Shown here piece by piece: positions 21,048-31,260 of a stretch of 64,000 nt of DNA. The stretch spans positions 768,001-832,000 of the forward strand of contig CBDDDZ010000004.1 in assembly GCA_965226795.1 (NCBI GenBank), written 5' to 3'. How positions within the stretch are numbered: position 1 is the first letter of the stretch; every line of letters begins with the position of its first letter. The notes beneath the pieces were generated by a model. The model ran no database searches. It had not been told where the DNA came from and saw only the letters and a list, made by a program, of their open reading frames with translations. Origin of the DNA: Candidatus Latescibacterota bacterium (GTDB taxonomy: Bacteria; Latescibacterota; UBA2968; GCA-2709665). Both the position numbers and the translations under genes were made by a program.

Positions 21048-21052
21048 AATGC

Positions 21053-23500
21053 ATGGACGTTCTGACTTCCACCTACGGCGTCCTGTCCTTTTCTTACGTC
21101 GAAGCCTTCGGGATCGTGGTTCTCGTATGCGGTCTGGGTTTCAACGGCGCGCCGTTGTGGCTGTGGACCGCCCTCTCGGCCGCGGTTCTCTGGGCATTCG
21201 GTGCGACCGGCGGCCCCTGGTTGGGCTTCGGCGCCCTCGCGCTGCTCTTCAACCTCCGGCCGTTGCGGCGCATACTGATATCCTCCTGGATCCTCAGAGT
21301 CCTCAAGGCCCTCCGCCTCCTTCCAACCCTATCTCCGACAGAACAGGCCGCCATCGAGGCCGGAAGCGTATGGATTGACGCCGACCTTTTCTCCGGAAAA
21401 CCCGATTTCCGACGCCTTAACAGCGAACCCTATCCGGAACTGAGCGAAACGGAACGGGCATTCCTCGGCGGCCCCGTAGAAGCCGCGTGCCGCCTGGCCG
21501 ATGACTGGCAGATTCACCGGAACCGGGATCTGCCCCAGGATCTCTGGGATTATCTCAAGCAGCACCGGTTCTACGGTATCATCATCCCGGAGGAATTCGG
21601 CGGGCTCGGATTCTCCACCTCCGCTCACAGCGCGATTGTGGGCAAGCTGGCCTCCCGATCCATGCCTCTCGCCGTGACCGTAATGGTGCCCAACTCGCTC
21701 GGGCCCGCGGAACTCCTGATCCACTACGGCACCCGGGACCAGAAGGAACACTACCTGCCGCGGCTGGCGCGGGGGGAGGAGATTCCGTGCTTTGCCCTCA
21801 CCGAGCCGAACGCCGGCTCCGACGCCGGCAGTATCCGATCCAGCGGGGTTGTCTTCAGAGACGAGGATGGGCGGCTGTGCCTGCGGTTGAACTGGAACAA
21901 GCGATATATCACCCTCGCTTCAATATCCACGCTCATCGGCCTGGCATTCAAACTCGAGGATCCGGACAATCTGCTCGGTAGAGGCGAAAATCCGGGCATC
22001 ACCTGCGCCCTCGTTCCCCGCGACACGCCCGGCGTCGTCGTGGACAGACGGCACGACCCGATGGGCGTACCCTTTCACAACGCCCCCACCGGGGGCCGGG
22101 ACGTAATCGTCCCGGCCGACGCCATCATCGGCGGGCCCGAAGGCGCTGGCCGGGGGTGGCGCATGCTCATGGAATCCCTGGCCGCGGGACGCGGCATCTC
22201 CCTTCCCGCAACAGCAGCCTTCGGCGCCAAGCTGACCGCGAGAGTGGCGGGCGCCCACGCCACCGTACGCAAACAGTTCGGCCTGTCCATCGGCCGATTC
22301 CAGGGCGTTGAGGAGCCGCTCGCGCGGATCGGCGCCTTTGCCTACCTGATGGAAGCCGCGAGGCGTTTTACCTGCGGCGGCCTGGACGGGGGCGCAAAAT
22401 CGGCCGTTGTTTCCGCCATCGTCAAATTCAATCTCACGGAACTTCATCGGAAGGCCATTCTGGACGGCATGGACATCCTGGCCGGCAACGCCATCGCCCA
22501 GGGACCGAGAAACCTGCTCGCCCGGTCGTATCTCTGGGCGCCCATCGCCATCACCGTGGAAGGCGCCAATATCCTCACGCGAACCTTCATCACGTTCGGG
22601 CAGGGGGCCATCCGGTGCCATCCGTACATATACGCGGAAATACAGGCGCTCAAATCGGACGACCTGCGCGCCTTCGACCGCGCTTTCTGGGCGCATGCGG
22701 GCCACTTTATCCGCAACGCCTTCCGCGCCTCGCTCCTGAGCCTGTCGCGCGGATACCTGGCCACATCGCCCGTGGGAAGGCCCGCGTCCCGGTACATCCG
22801 CAAACTGGCCTGGGCATCCGCTTCGTTCGCCTTCCTGGCCGACGTCGCCGTGGTTACGATGGGCGGCGCCCTGAAAAAAGAAGAAAAGCTGGCCGGTCGC
22901 TTCGCGGACATTCTCTCCTGGATGTATCTGGGCTCGGCCGTCCTGCGCCGCTTTGAAGCGGAGGGCCGCAGACCCGGCCATCTGCCCTATCTGCACTGGG
23001 CGATGCAATACGCGCTTGCGCAGATTCAGCTCGGTTTCTCCGGCCTGTTCCAGAATCTGCGCGTCTTGCCCGGCCTCGATCTGATATTCCGCTATCCCGG
23101 CGCGTTGTGGTCGCGCCTCAATCCCATCGGCCGGATGCCGTCAGACGCCCTCGGCGGCGAGGTCGCCCGCGCCGTCCGGACGCCCGGCCCCGACAGGGAC
23201 GCGCTTACCGCGGGCATATACCTGCCGGACTCGACCAGCGAAGCCCTGGGCCGCCTGGAAGCCGCGTTTGCACTCTCCTGCGAGGCCGAACCCATTTCCC
23301 TAAAAATCAGAGAGGCCGCCCGCGCGGGCCTGCTCTCGGGCCGGGACCCCAACCGTCTGGTCTTACAGGCCCTGGAAAAAAAGCTGATCACACAGGAAGA
23401 CGCACAACTGTTCCGGCGCGCCGAGGCCGCCCGGGATCAGGCGATCAGGGTGGACGCCTTCACCCCGGAAGAGTACCTCCAGCTACCGAATAAGGGATAG
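21053..23500 (+). CDS. fadE: Acyl-CoA dehydrogenase, long FadE type
   Basis: N-terminal [37 protein letters not shown]1974-like C terminus. Confidence 0.9.
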   Translation: MDVLTSTYGVLSFSYVEAFGIVVLVCGLGFNGAPLWLWTALSAAVLWAFGATGGPWLGFGALALLFNLRPLRRILISSWILRVLKALRLLPTLSPTEQAAIEAGSVWIDADLFSGKPDFRRLNSEPYPELSETERAFLGGPVEAACRLADDWQIHRNRDLPQDLWDYLKQHRFYGIIIPEEFGGLGFSTSAHSAIVGKLASRSMPLAVTVMVPNSLGPAELLIHYGTRDQKEHYLPRLARGEEIPCFALTEPNAGSDAGSIRSSGVVFRDEDGRLCLRLNWNKRYITLASISTLIGLAFKLEDPDNLLGRGENPGITCALVPRDTPGVVVDRRHDPMGVPFHNAPTGGRDVIVPADAIIGGPEGAGRGWRMLMESLAAGRGISLPATAAFGAKLTARVAGAHATVRKQFGLSIGRFQGVEEPLARIGAFAYLMEAARRFTCGGLDGGAKSAVVSAIVKFNLTELHRKAILDGMDILAGNAIAQGPRNLLARSYLWAPIAITVEGANILTRTFITFGQGAIRCHPYIYAEIQALKSDDLRAFDRAFWAHAGHFIRNAFRASLLSLSRGYLATSPVGRPASRYIRKLAWASASFAFLADVAVVTMGGALKKEEKLAGRFADILSWMYLGSAVLRRFEAEGRRPGHLPYLHWAMQYALAQIQLGFSGLFQNLRVLPGLDLIFRYPGALWSRLNPIGRMPSDALGGEVARAVRTPGPDRDALTAGIYLPDSTSEALGRLEAAFALSCEAEPISLKIREAARAGLLSGRDPNRLVLQALEKKLITQEDAQLFRRAEAARDQAIRVDAFTPEEYLQLPNKG

Positions 23501-23564
23501 AGGACCGCGGCGGCGGCACACCTCGAATCAGACACAAGCCCCCAACTCCCGAGGAGCGCAATCG

Positions 23565-25190
23565 ATGCAAGGTCTCATGATGGACTATCCCCTCACCATG
23601 GACCGGATCCTTGAGCACGCGAATCGTCTGTACCCTCACAAACGTATTACCACCGGATTGCCTGACGGAACGATGCACCGATACACCTATGCGGAAATGT
23701 ACCGACGGTCAAAGCGGCTCGCCAGCGCACTGGGCGGCCTGGGCATTGAACCAGGGGACCGGGTGGGCACCTTCGCGTGGAACAACTACCAGCACCTGGA
23801 ACTGTATTTCGCCGTCCCTTGCAACGGCGCCGTCTGTCATACGCTCAACATCCGGCTCTCTCCCGAACAGCTGGCTTATATTATCAACCACGCGGAAGAC
23901 AAAGCCATCTTTGTGGACGCGACCCTGCTGCCCCTCTTTGAAGCCGTGGCGTCCAGACTCGACCGCCCCCCGCGTACCGTCCTGTTCAACGCCGATCCGG
24001 GTATCCGGACCGGCCTATCCGACATTTACTTCTATGAAGACCTCATAGCCAGCGGAAGCGACGCGTTTGAGTGGCCTGTAACCGACGAGACCGCGGCCAT
24101 GGGCCTCTGCTATACCAGCGGCACGACCGGCGAGCCAAGGGGCGCGCTCTACTCGCACCGGTCGATGTTTCTGCACACCCTCGGCGTTAACCAGTCCAAC
24201 GCCTTGGGAATTGTGGAATCGGACATCGTTATGCCCGTCGTTCCTCAGTTTCACGCCATGGCATGGGGTTTGCCCTATGCCTGCGCCATGGCCGGCGCGG
24301 AGTTGGTCCTGCCCGGACCCCACCTGAAACCCCGTGCCCTGGCCGGGATGATCGAGAACGAAAGCGTGACGGTTCCCGCCGGCGTACCCACCATCTGGAC
24401 CGGGCTCTATGAAGAACTGAAAGTCAATCCACGCGACATCTCCTGTATCCGGTCGCTGATCGTCGGCGGTTCGGCCATGCCGCGCGGCCTGATCGAAGCC
24501 TTCGAGACGGAACTGAACGTCCCGGTCGTCCACGCCTGGGGGATGACCGAACTCTCCCCTCTGGGCACCGTCTCCAGGCTGCAACGCCATCATCGCACCC
24601 TTTCGGACGCGGACAGGTGGGACGTCAAAGCCCGACAGGGCTATCCCATTTCCGGTGTTGAAATGCGGATCGTGGACGATTCCGGCAACCAGGCGCCGTG
24701 GGACGGCAGCACCATGGGCGAAATACAGGTCAGGGGCCCCTGGGTGATCGGTAGCTATTACAAACAGGAACCCGGACCCGATCACTTCACCGCCGACGGG
24801 TGGTTCCGAACCGGCGACGTCGGCTCGATGAGCCCGGACGGCTTCCTCACCATCACGGACCGGACCAGAGACCTCATCAAGAGCGGCGGCGAGTGGATCT
24901 CAAGCGTCGAGTTGGAGAACACGCTGATGGGCCACCCGGCCGTCACAGAGGCCGCCGTAATCGCCATACCCGACGCGAAATGGACGGAGCGCCCCGTCGC
25001 CATCGCGGTTCTGTCGCCCAGCGCCGACCCGGCCACGGGCGCAGAACTCCGGGCGTACCTCGCGTCCCAATATCCGAAATACTGGGTGCCCGACAGAATC
25101 GTCTTCGTGGAGCAAATACCCAAAACCAGTGTGGGAAAACTGAATAAGAAAGTCATCCGCCGGCAATATGCGGAGGGACTGTTCGGATAG
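23565..25190 (+). CDS. Long-chain fatty-acid--CoA ligase
   Basis: [38 protein letters not shown]. Confidence 0.92.
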   Translation: MQGLMMDYPLTMDRILEHANRLYPHKRITTGLPDGTMHRYTYAEMYRRSKRLASALGGLGIEPGDRVGTFAWNNYQHLELYFAVPCNGAVCHTLNIRLSPEQLAYIINHAEDKAIFVDATLLPLFEAVASRLDRPPRTVLFNADPGIRTGLSDIYFYEDLIASGSDAFEWPVTDETAAMGLCYTSGTTGEPRGALYSHRSMFLHTLGVNQSNALGIVESDIVMPVVPQFHAMAWGLPYACAMAGAELVLPGPHLKPRALAGMIENESVTVPAGVPTIWTGLYEELKVNPRDISCIRSLIVGGSAMPRGLIEAFETELNVPVVHAWGMTELSPLGTVSRLQRHHRTLSDADRWDVKARQGYPISGVEMRIVDDSGNQAPWDGSTMGEIQVRGPWVIGSYYKQEPGPDHFTADGWFRTGDVGSMSPDGFLTITDRTRDLIKSGGEWISSVELENTLMGHPAVTEAAVIAIPDAKWTERPVAIAVLSPSADPATGAELRAYLASQYPKYWVPDRIVFVEQIPKTSVGKLNKKVIRRQYAEGLFG

Positions 25191-25221
25191 CCGGCCACGT
25201 ACCGGGACACAAGGAACCGCC

Positions 25222-25953
25222 ATGCCTCTTCACCTCAAGAACCCTCACAGCATCCTGGCCGTCCTCCAAACCCGACCCCAGGACGTCTACGAAATACATC
25301 TTCCGGACCCTGTCGCCGGCCTGTGGAGACAGATCAGGGCGTCCGCCGCGGAAATCGGCGTTAAAATTACCCGCGAAACCCGGACTTCCCAGAGGCAAAA
25401 CCGGGCCGGCCGCGCGGGCGGCGCCGAAGCCGCCGTCAAGGAACGACCCCCGGTCACCATCCAGGAACTCTTCGCGCACGCCCCCGCCACCGGATTGTGG
25501 CTTGCGCTTGACCAGGTACAGGATCCGCACAACGTCGGCGCGATCTTTCGAACCGCCGCTTTCTTCGGTGTTCACGGCATCCTGCTTACGCGGGACCGTT
25601 CCGCCCCGCTCACGGGAACCGTGTATGACGTCGCCTCCGGCGGCGTTGAACACGTGCCTTTTGCCTTTCTGCCCAATCTCAGCCGTGCTCTCGACCTGGC
25701 ACGGACGTCAAACCTCTGGATCCTTGGCGCGTCCGAACACGCCGATGCCGGCCTCGGCCAAATCGCCGCCGATCGACCCTGGCTGCTCGTTCTGGGCAAC
25801 GAGGAACGCGGGCTCCGCCGTCTCACCCTGGACAAGTGCGACGCCACCTGCAGCATTCCTTCCCTCGGTAACGTCCCCTCCCTCAACGTCTCCGTCGCCG
25901 CGGGTATCTTCATCCAGAAACTCGCAATCCCGCCGCAACAGACCTCCCCATAG
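25222..25953 (+). CDS. TrmH/SpoU family RNA methyltransferase (RlmB-like)
   Basis: QDPHNVGAIFR, LGNEERG, SLNVSVAAG. Confidence 0.88.
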   Translation: MPLHLKNPHSILAVLQTRPQDVYEIHLPDPVAGLWRQIRASAAEIGVKITRETRTSQRQNRAGRAGGAEAAVKERPPVTIQELFAHAPATGLWLALDQVQDPHNVGAIFRTAAFFGVHGILLTRDRSAPLTGTVYDVASGGVEHVPFAFLPNLSRALDLARTSNLWILGASEHADAGLGQIAADRPWLLVLGNEERGLRRLTLDKCDATCSIPSLGNVPSLNVSVAAGIFIQKLAIPPQQTSP

Positions 25954-26067
25954 AGGGCCGGTATCGCCCGTCACTACCGCCGGCAGGCATCATGGGACAA
26001 GAGCGCCGCCCTTGTCGCAGTCTCAGTTCTGCCGTATTTTTTTTGAAAAAATTCAGGAGAAGCGCCG

Positions 26068-26694
26068 ATGCGCGAAACCATCTTCTGGGACGTGGATACC
26101 CAGTACGACTTTATCATGCCCGATGGCAAACTCTACATCCGGGAGGCGGAAAAAATCCTTCCCAACCTCAAGCGGCTCACCGCCTGCGCCCGGCAGCGAA
26201 AAATCCCCGTCTTCGGCTCGGTAGACTACCACAACCCCGAAGATCCCGAGATTTCGGATTCGCCCGACTTCAGGAACACCTTTCCGCCGCACTGCCTCAA
26301 GGGCACCCCGGGCCAGCGAAAGGTCCCGGAAACACGACCCGGAAATCCGATGTGGATCGACGGCGACCCGGAGGATCCCATTGCCCTCAGCCAGCGGATC
26401 CGCAGCCACACCGGTGAGATCATCTTCCGCAAACAGCGCTTCGACGTTTTCACCAACCGGAACGTGGACCCCGTACTGGACATCGTCAGACCCGGGCACA
26501 TCGTACTGTACGGCGTTGCCCTGGACGTCTGCAATGCCCACGCCATCAACGGCTTCCTGGCGAGAAACACCGCCCCCATCCAGCTTGTCCTGGACGCCAC
26601 GCAGGCTATCTTCCCCGAACGCGGAGAAACGCTCGTGGAAGGCTGGAAGGCACGGGGCGTCACCGTCGTATCTACCGACGAAGTCACACGATAG
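26068..26694 (+). CDS. Isochorismatase-family cysteine hydrolase (nicotinamidase-like)
   Basis: DVDTQYDF, DYH, FPPHC, K, GVALDVC. Confidence 0.85.
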   Translation: MRETIFWDVDTQYDFIMPDGKLYIREAEKILPNLKRLTACARQRKIPVFGSVDYHNPEDPEISDSPDFRNTFPPHCLKGTPGQRKVPETRPGNPMWIDGDPEDPIALSQRIRSHTGEIIFRKQRFDVFTNRNVDPVLDIVRPGHIVLYGVALDVCNAHAINGFLARNTAPIQLVLDATQAIFPERGETLVEGWKARGVTVVSTDEVTR

Positions 26695-26792
26695 AGAGAG
26701 TCGCGATCGGGAGTACGCGAGGGGAAAGGGATGGGCGAATTCGGGCGGGGGACCTGCCAGAGGCCAATCCTGCAGCCGCAGTTGTAAACGAA

Positions 26793-26833
26793 AACACCAT
26801 CGCCCGCAAATTGCGGGCGATGGTGTTATTTTT
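26793..26833. terminator. Bidirectional terminator between convergent genes
   Basis: 17-bp inverted repeat aacaccatcgcccgcaa/ttgcgggcgatggtgtt with T-tract. Confidence 0.75.
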
Positions 26834-26847
26834 TGTGCGCGTCGCGC

Positions 26848-27945
26848 CTATTTTCCCGCGGACACATTGAGGTCTTTTAACAAATCGAGGTACTGGCCGT
26901 ACCCGGCGGTCTTCAATTCGTTCATGGGAATAAACCTCAGCGAAGCCGAATTGATACAATACCGCAGACCGGTGGGGGGAGGCCCGTCGGGGAACACATG
27001 GCCGAGGTGGGAGTCCCCGAACTTGCTCCGAATCTCGGTACGGGTCGTGAAGAGGCTGCTGTCGACGTGCTTCACGATGTGTTCCCGGACCATCGGCTGG
27101 GTGAAGCTCGGCCATCCGGTACCCGACCGGTATTTGTGCGTTGAACTGAAAAGCGGTTCGCCCGAGACGATATCCACGTAGATTCCCGGCTTCTTGTTAT
27201 CCCAGTACTCGTTGCGGAACGGCCGCTCGGTGCCGTCTTCCTGGGTCACGTTCCACTGCAGCGGCGTCAGCTTCCGGCGCAACGCCGACGCGGGGGGTTT
27301 TACCCAGGTCCCTTCGGAGGATTTAGCGGGCTTGTCCCGGCCCCAGACCCCCTCGATAAACCGGTCGCGACCCGAGCCCTTCCGGTAGCGGTTGTATTGG
27401 GCCGGCTTTTTCTTGTAGTAATCCTGGTGGTATTTCTCAGCCGGGTAAAACGTTTGCGCAGGGCGGATGGGCGTGACGATGGGAGCGTTGAAGCGACCCG
27501 ACTCGCCCAGCGCTTTTTTTGAAGCTTCGGCCAGCTGCTTCTGCTTCTCGTCGTGGCAGAAAATGGCCGACGTGTACTGGTGGCCCCGGTCGTAGAACGA
27601 CCCGCCGGCATCGGTGGGGTCGAACTGCCGCCAGAAAACGTCGAGCAATTCAGCGTAGGTGACGACGGAGGGGTCGTATGTGACAAGCACCGACTCGATG
27701 TGCCGGGTGCTGCCTGAACTGACCTGGCTGTAGGTCGGATTCAGGCGTTCCCCGCCGGTATAGCCGGATACCGCGGAGACGACCCCCTCGAGTTTATCGA
27801 AGGGAGCTTCGATGCACCAGAAGCAGCCGCCGGCGAACGTGGCCTGTTCCACGTTTTTGGTTTCGGACCGGCTGTCCCGCGCGCCGAAGGCCAGGGCGAC
27901 AATCAGCGTGGCAGCGGTCAACAACAGCACAAGTGGCGTTTTCAT
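26848..27945 (-). CDS. msrAB: Bifunctional peptide-methionine sulfoxide reductase MsrA/MsrB with signal peptide
   Basis: [14 protein letters not shown] (MsrA); GWPSF, HLGHVF, RYCINS (MsrB); AGGAGG RBS. Confidence 0.93.
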   Translation of the reverse strand: MKTPLVLLLTAATLIVALAFGARDSRSETKNVEQATFAGGCFWCIEAPFDKLEGVVSAVSGYTGGERLNPTYSQVSSGSTRHIESVLVTYDPSVVTYAELLDVFWRQFDPTDAGGSFYDRGHQYTSAIFCHDEKQKQLAEASKKALGESGRFNAPIVTPIRPAQTFYPAEKYHQDYYKKKPAQYNRYRKGSGRDRFIEGVWGRDKPAKSSEGTWVKPPASALRRKLTPLQWNVTQEDGTERPFRNEYWDNKKPGIYVDIVSGEPLFSSTHKYRSGTGWPSFTQPMVREHIVKHVDSSLFTTRTEIRSKFGDSHLGHVFPDGPPPTGLRYCINSASLRFIPMNELKTAGYGQYLDLLKDLNVSAGK

Positions 27946-28154
27946 TTGGTATCCTCCTGAGATTCCCGGCAATCGGGCTGGATGTTGCACGTTGGATCAA
28001 ATCGACTAAAAAATAGCAAATTTGGGGTGCCGATGGTATCCCTAAACCTGAAAATGGCGAAGATTAAGCGATCATGGTCCCATCGGTCGGCATTCTGGAA
28101 CTGCGTTCCGGGCGGACACAGGCTCTTCCGCTCCATTCATTTTTTTTCCTCTTC

Positions 28155-28328
28155 GTCCTTTTTCTTGTTCGCGCAAGAAAAAGGACCAAAAAGAACCGCG
28201 CCGCTCAAACGCCGCGGGGCTGCTTTTCCGCGAACTGCTCCGGCAACGGAGACCAGGGTTTGCGCCCTGCGAAGTCTTCAGCACTTCTCAAGCGACGTTG
28301 ATGAACGGAATTACGCGGAAAAGCCCCC
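28155..28328 (+). repeat. Structured intergenic element, copy B
   Basis: Hairpin gtcctttttcttg/caagaaaaaggac, caaaaagaac, cgcggggc, stem gcttttccgcg/cgcggaaaagc. Confidence 0.75.
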
Positions 28329-28405
28329 TCCCGATCGGACCGGGCGCACGAGAGGTTCACCGGATAGGACTGCTGTATGTCTTGGGCTGTTGCTGCACGA
28401 AAGAC

Positions 28406-28429
28406 GGGCGGTTCCCGAACCGCCCCTGC
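28406..28429 (-). repeat. GTAG-class REP-like palindrome (GCAG variant)
   Basis: Reverse strand gcaggggcggttcgggaaccgccc. Confidence 0.5.
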
Positions 28430-28586
28430 CAAAACCAGACATCCGGGCATTGATATCGCCACGCCGTATCGCATTCCCCTTTTTGCTTTCTGTTTTAAGC
28501 TGACTGCTGATTCCTATTCACTGCCTTTTCCTTTGTGTCGTCGTGTCTCAGTGTGAGCTGATGTTTCGTCGACACTTTTTTCAGAC

Positions 28587-28615
28587 TTGATATATGAACA
28601 TTTGTTCAGTATATT
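28587..28615 (+). promoter_or_regulatory. Sigma70-type promoter TTGATA-17-TATATT with a LexA-type box TGAACATTTGTTCA (28595-28608) in the spacer
   Basis: Exact 17-bp spacing; palindromic GAAC-N4-GTTC; precedes a DNA-repair-type radical SAM gene. Confidence 0.7.
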
Positions 28616-28621
28616 CAGGAT

Positions 28622-29419
28622 ATGGCCCACTCCCATCTCGAAATCGAAGAGACCGGGGCGCGTTCGGTCCTGATGCCACAGGACGGTCCTCCGGTCACCC
28701 GATACACCCTAAATCCGTATGTCGGATGCGGAATGGGGTGCGCCTATTGCTACGTAATGAAATACCACTACGCCGTGGAACACCCTTTGCCGTGGGGCGC
28801 ATGGGTCCAGCCCAAAATGAACGCGCCGTTTCTTCTGGGCAAGGCCCGCGACAAAATCTGGGGGAGGCGGATTTTCGTGGGTTCCGCCACCGACCCGTAC
28901 CAATACGTGGAACGGCAGTACCGGCTGACCCGCCGCTGCCTGGGCGTCCTGCTGGACAGCAACCCGAAAGACGTTGTGGTGCACACGCGCAGCCACCTGG
29001 TTCTGGACGACGTGGAACTGCTGCGGACGTTCAAGAACCCCCTGCGCGTGTGTTTTTCCGTGCCCACCGACGACGACCGCGTACGGCGAAAGCTGGAGCC
29101 GCACGCCCCTCGCATCGACGCCAGGCTGAAGACCATGCGGCGCCTCAGGTCCGCCGGCATTCACGTTACCGCGGCGGTGGCGCCTCTTCTACACTGTGAG
29201 CCGGCCCGCTTTACCGGGCTGCTGAAAGACGCCGCTGACGACGTTTACACCGGGACAATGCGCTACACCGACAAAACGGGCCTGCAGTGGAAGGACCGGG
29301 CGCAGGCCTATTTCCGGAGCGCCCGTTACACGAACCTGGCCGCCGAGATGGACCGCTGCCTCGACGCTGCGGGTCTGAAGACAAACCGGGACGACGAAAG
29401 AGATTTCGCGTCACGATGA
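28622..29419 (+). CDS. Spore-photoproduct-lyase-like radical SAM protein
   Basis: LNPYVGCGMGCAYCY CxxxCxxC, GSATDPYQ, LEPHAP. Confidence 0.85.
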   Translation: MAHSHLEIEETGARSVLMPQDGPPVTRYTLNPYVGCGMGCAYCYVMKYHYAVEHPLPWGAWVQPKMNAPFLLGKARDKIWGRRIFVGSATDPYQYVERQYRLTRRCLGVLLDSNPKDVVVHTRSHLVLDDVELLRTFKNPLRVCFSVPTDDDRVRRKLEPHAPRIDARLKTMRRLRSAGIHVTAAVAPLLHCEPARFTGLLKDAADDVYTGTMRYTDKTGLQWKDRAQAYFRSARYTNLAAEMDRCLDAAGLKTNRDDERDFASR

Positions 29420-29468
29420 ATGCTGCATGGCCACGCCGACGGAAGATCACCAGAACGACCATGACATC

Positions 29469-29493
29469 GTAGGGGCAACCCTTGTGGTTGCCC
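29469..29493 (+). repeat. GTAG-class REP
   Basis: gtaggggcaacccttgtggttgccc. Confidence 0.7.
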
Positions 29494-29518
29494 GCGTTTC
29501 CAGGGTGGTAACACGGTG

Positions 29519-29561
29519 CCACAAATTTTCTTGTGGTGCCATAAGAATTCTTATGGTCATT
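29519..29561. other. Tandem Xer/dif-like sites, left island edge
   Basis: cacaa-attttc-ttgtg then, 20 bp on, tggtgccataa-gaattc-ttatggtcatt (11-6-11 layout). Confidence 0.5.
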
Positions 29562-29750
29562 ACTGTGGCCCGGAGGTTCCAAAATGCATTCGAAAAGTCA
29601 CAGTCGAACTGCCGAGAATGCTCCGCGAGTCGCGTAATCCGGGTCGTCTTGCCAGCGTGTGTCGCCCAGGTTGTGACCTGAATGAGGCGACGGGCCTAAG
29701 GCAAACGGCGCGGCAGTTCCGTGGCATTTGGACGCAAATTCAACGAATTA

Positions 29751-29786
29751 CTCAACGCAATGAGTAAAAATACTCATTGTATTGAG
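29751..29786. other. AT-rich 16-bp imperfect inverted repeat
   Basis: ctcaacgcaatgagta-aaaa-tactcattgtattgag (14/16 complementary). Confidence 0.55.
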
Positions 29787-29891
29787 CAAATTGTCGTGAT
29801 GCTTTCGGTGCGCCACGTACACCTGATGGACCGGATTGAAGGTTGTCGAACGTCCTGACGGTGTTTGCGAAGGTGGTCGCAGCCATTATCT

Positions 29892-30872
29892 CTATGGTGC
29901 AGGTTCCAAATTTCGGATTCTCTCCGCGAAGACGCGACGCAAACTCTCGAGTTGCTCCAGAAGCCAAGTGTACTGCTCATTGCGGGCATCCGGATCGTAA
30001 AGGTCCACGTCTTTCCGAGAGTAGATTCTGCAGGCATTGGCATCCTCGGGATTGTACCAGTTCAACTCTCCGCCCATCTCACGTTCGATCTCGGACTGTT
30101 GGGACTGAAGAAAGTCGTGAAATCTGCCCGAGAGTTCTCCCCGGTTGATGCTTAGTTCTGCCCTTAGTTCCTGACCTTTCCACCCCCTGGTCTCGGAATG
30201 CGTCGAGGCTACCGCGGAGAGGAGGAAGCCCGTACGCCCCAAGCCCCCGGCGGCCATACTGGATTTCGCTTTGGGACTCGCAGTAAGTTTGACCTGCTGT
30301 CCATGCCGCGAAACGTGGTCATCGAATCCATTCCAGAATGCAAGCTGAACTCTCTGCGTCTCCGTCAAACTGGCGACAGTTGATCTCCCTCCCCTCGTCC
30401 AGTTGTTCGGTTTGGCCACGATATTGAATTTCGGCGCGAACGCGGACTCACCGATTCGCCAGACCTCAATTTCCAACGCAAAGAACTGAGTCCCCTCGGC
30501 CGAGTTCTCGTTCAGCCAGTCTACAGCCGCTCGGTGTTGGTCGGTAAAGGCTTTCGCGACCCAAACCACGGTTGACGCCTTGAAATGCGCCGCATACGTC
30601 AGAAGCTTCCCCAGGTGGTCGTGGTCCGTTTCCTCAAGCTGGTTTTCGATAACGACGTAACTATCGTCGTCGATATCTCTACACAATATGTCCGCGGAGT
30701 ATGGACCAACGGCTTCCTCGCGCGCCTGAAACTCTATCTGCATACCGAGTGTATCACCGAGATCGTCGAGGATTTTCTGCATCGCCAACCATGGCGTAAA
30801 ATCGTCAGCTTCGTTCCGCCATACTTCACGAAGGTCAACTCGCTCCAGTCTTCCCAGGTTTTCCGGTATCAT
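29892..30872 (-). CDS. DUF4268-domain protein with N-terminal NucS-like PD-(D/E)XK nuclease fold
   Basis: DFTPWL, ADILC, VIENQLEETDHDHLGKLLTYAA, FW..F C-terminal domain. Confidence 0.75.
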   Translation of the reverse strand: MIPENLGRLERVDLREVWRNEADDFTPWLAMQKILDDLGDTLGMQIEFQAREEAVGPYSADILCRDIDDDSYVVIENQLEETDHDHLGKLLTYAAHFKASTVVWVAKAFTDQHRAAVDWLNENSAEGTQFFALEIEVWRIGESAFAPKFNIVAKPNNWTRGGRSTVASLTETQRVQLAFWNGFDDHVSRHGQQVKLTASPKAKSSMAAGGLGRTGFLLSAVASTHSETRGWKGQELRAELSINRGELSGRFHDFLQSQQSEIEREMGGELNWYNPEDANACRIYSRKDVDLYDPDARNEQYTWLLEQLESLRRVFAERIRNLEPAP

Positions 30873-31020
30873 TAAAATAGCTCCTTCGTTCAGTGGTCAG
30901 ACGCCGAGATCAATAAAGATTCCGCATTGGGGCGAGATCGCAAACCAAAGGGGCCTGCAATCGCACCGACCAGGCGATCATCCAACCGATGCTCACAAAT
31001 CTCCAATTGCAGCCTAGACA

Positions 31021-31260
31021 TCAAAGGAGATCAGAGTATGACGCCTCTGTCCCGAATTTCTCCAAATACCAGCGTTCCGGTTCGGGACCGCATTCCTCCC
31101 CGTGGACTGCCGCCAACTTGCGAATCAAATCCAGAATAATCTCCCAGCCCGTGGGAATCTTCGCGGTTCGCGATACGCCTGATCCCACAAGAACGGCATA
31201 CACGCCAGGATTCGCCTGAATCGAGAACGCCAGAGAATGGACGGGGTCGATTGACCTCAT
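31021..31260 (-). pseudogene. Truncated duplicate of the SIR2 gene (first 79 aa)
   Basis: Near-identical to the N terminus of 34653-36404, then a stop. Confidence 0.85.

Noticed and set aside
29534..29561. The chromosomal dif at the replication terminus
   Set aside because: Sites are tandem and multiple, and spot-checked GC skew switches in the direction opposite to a terminus
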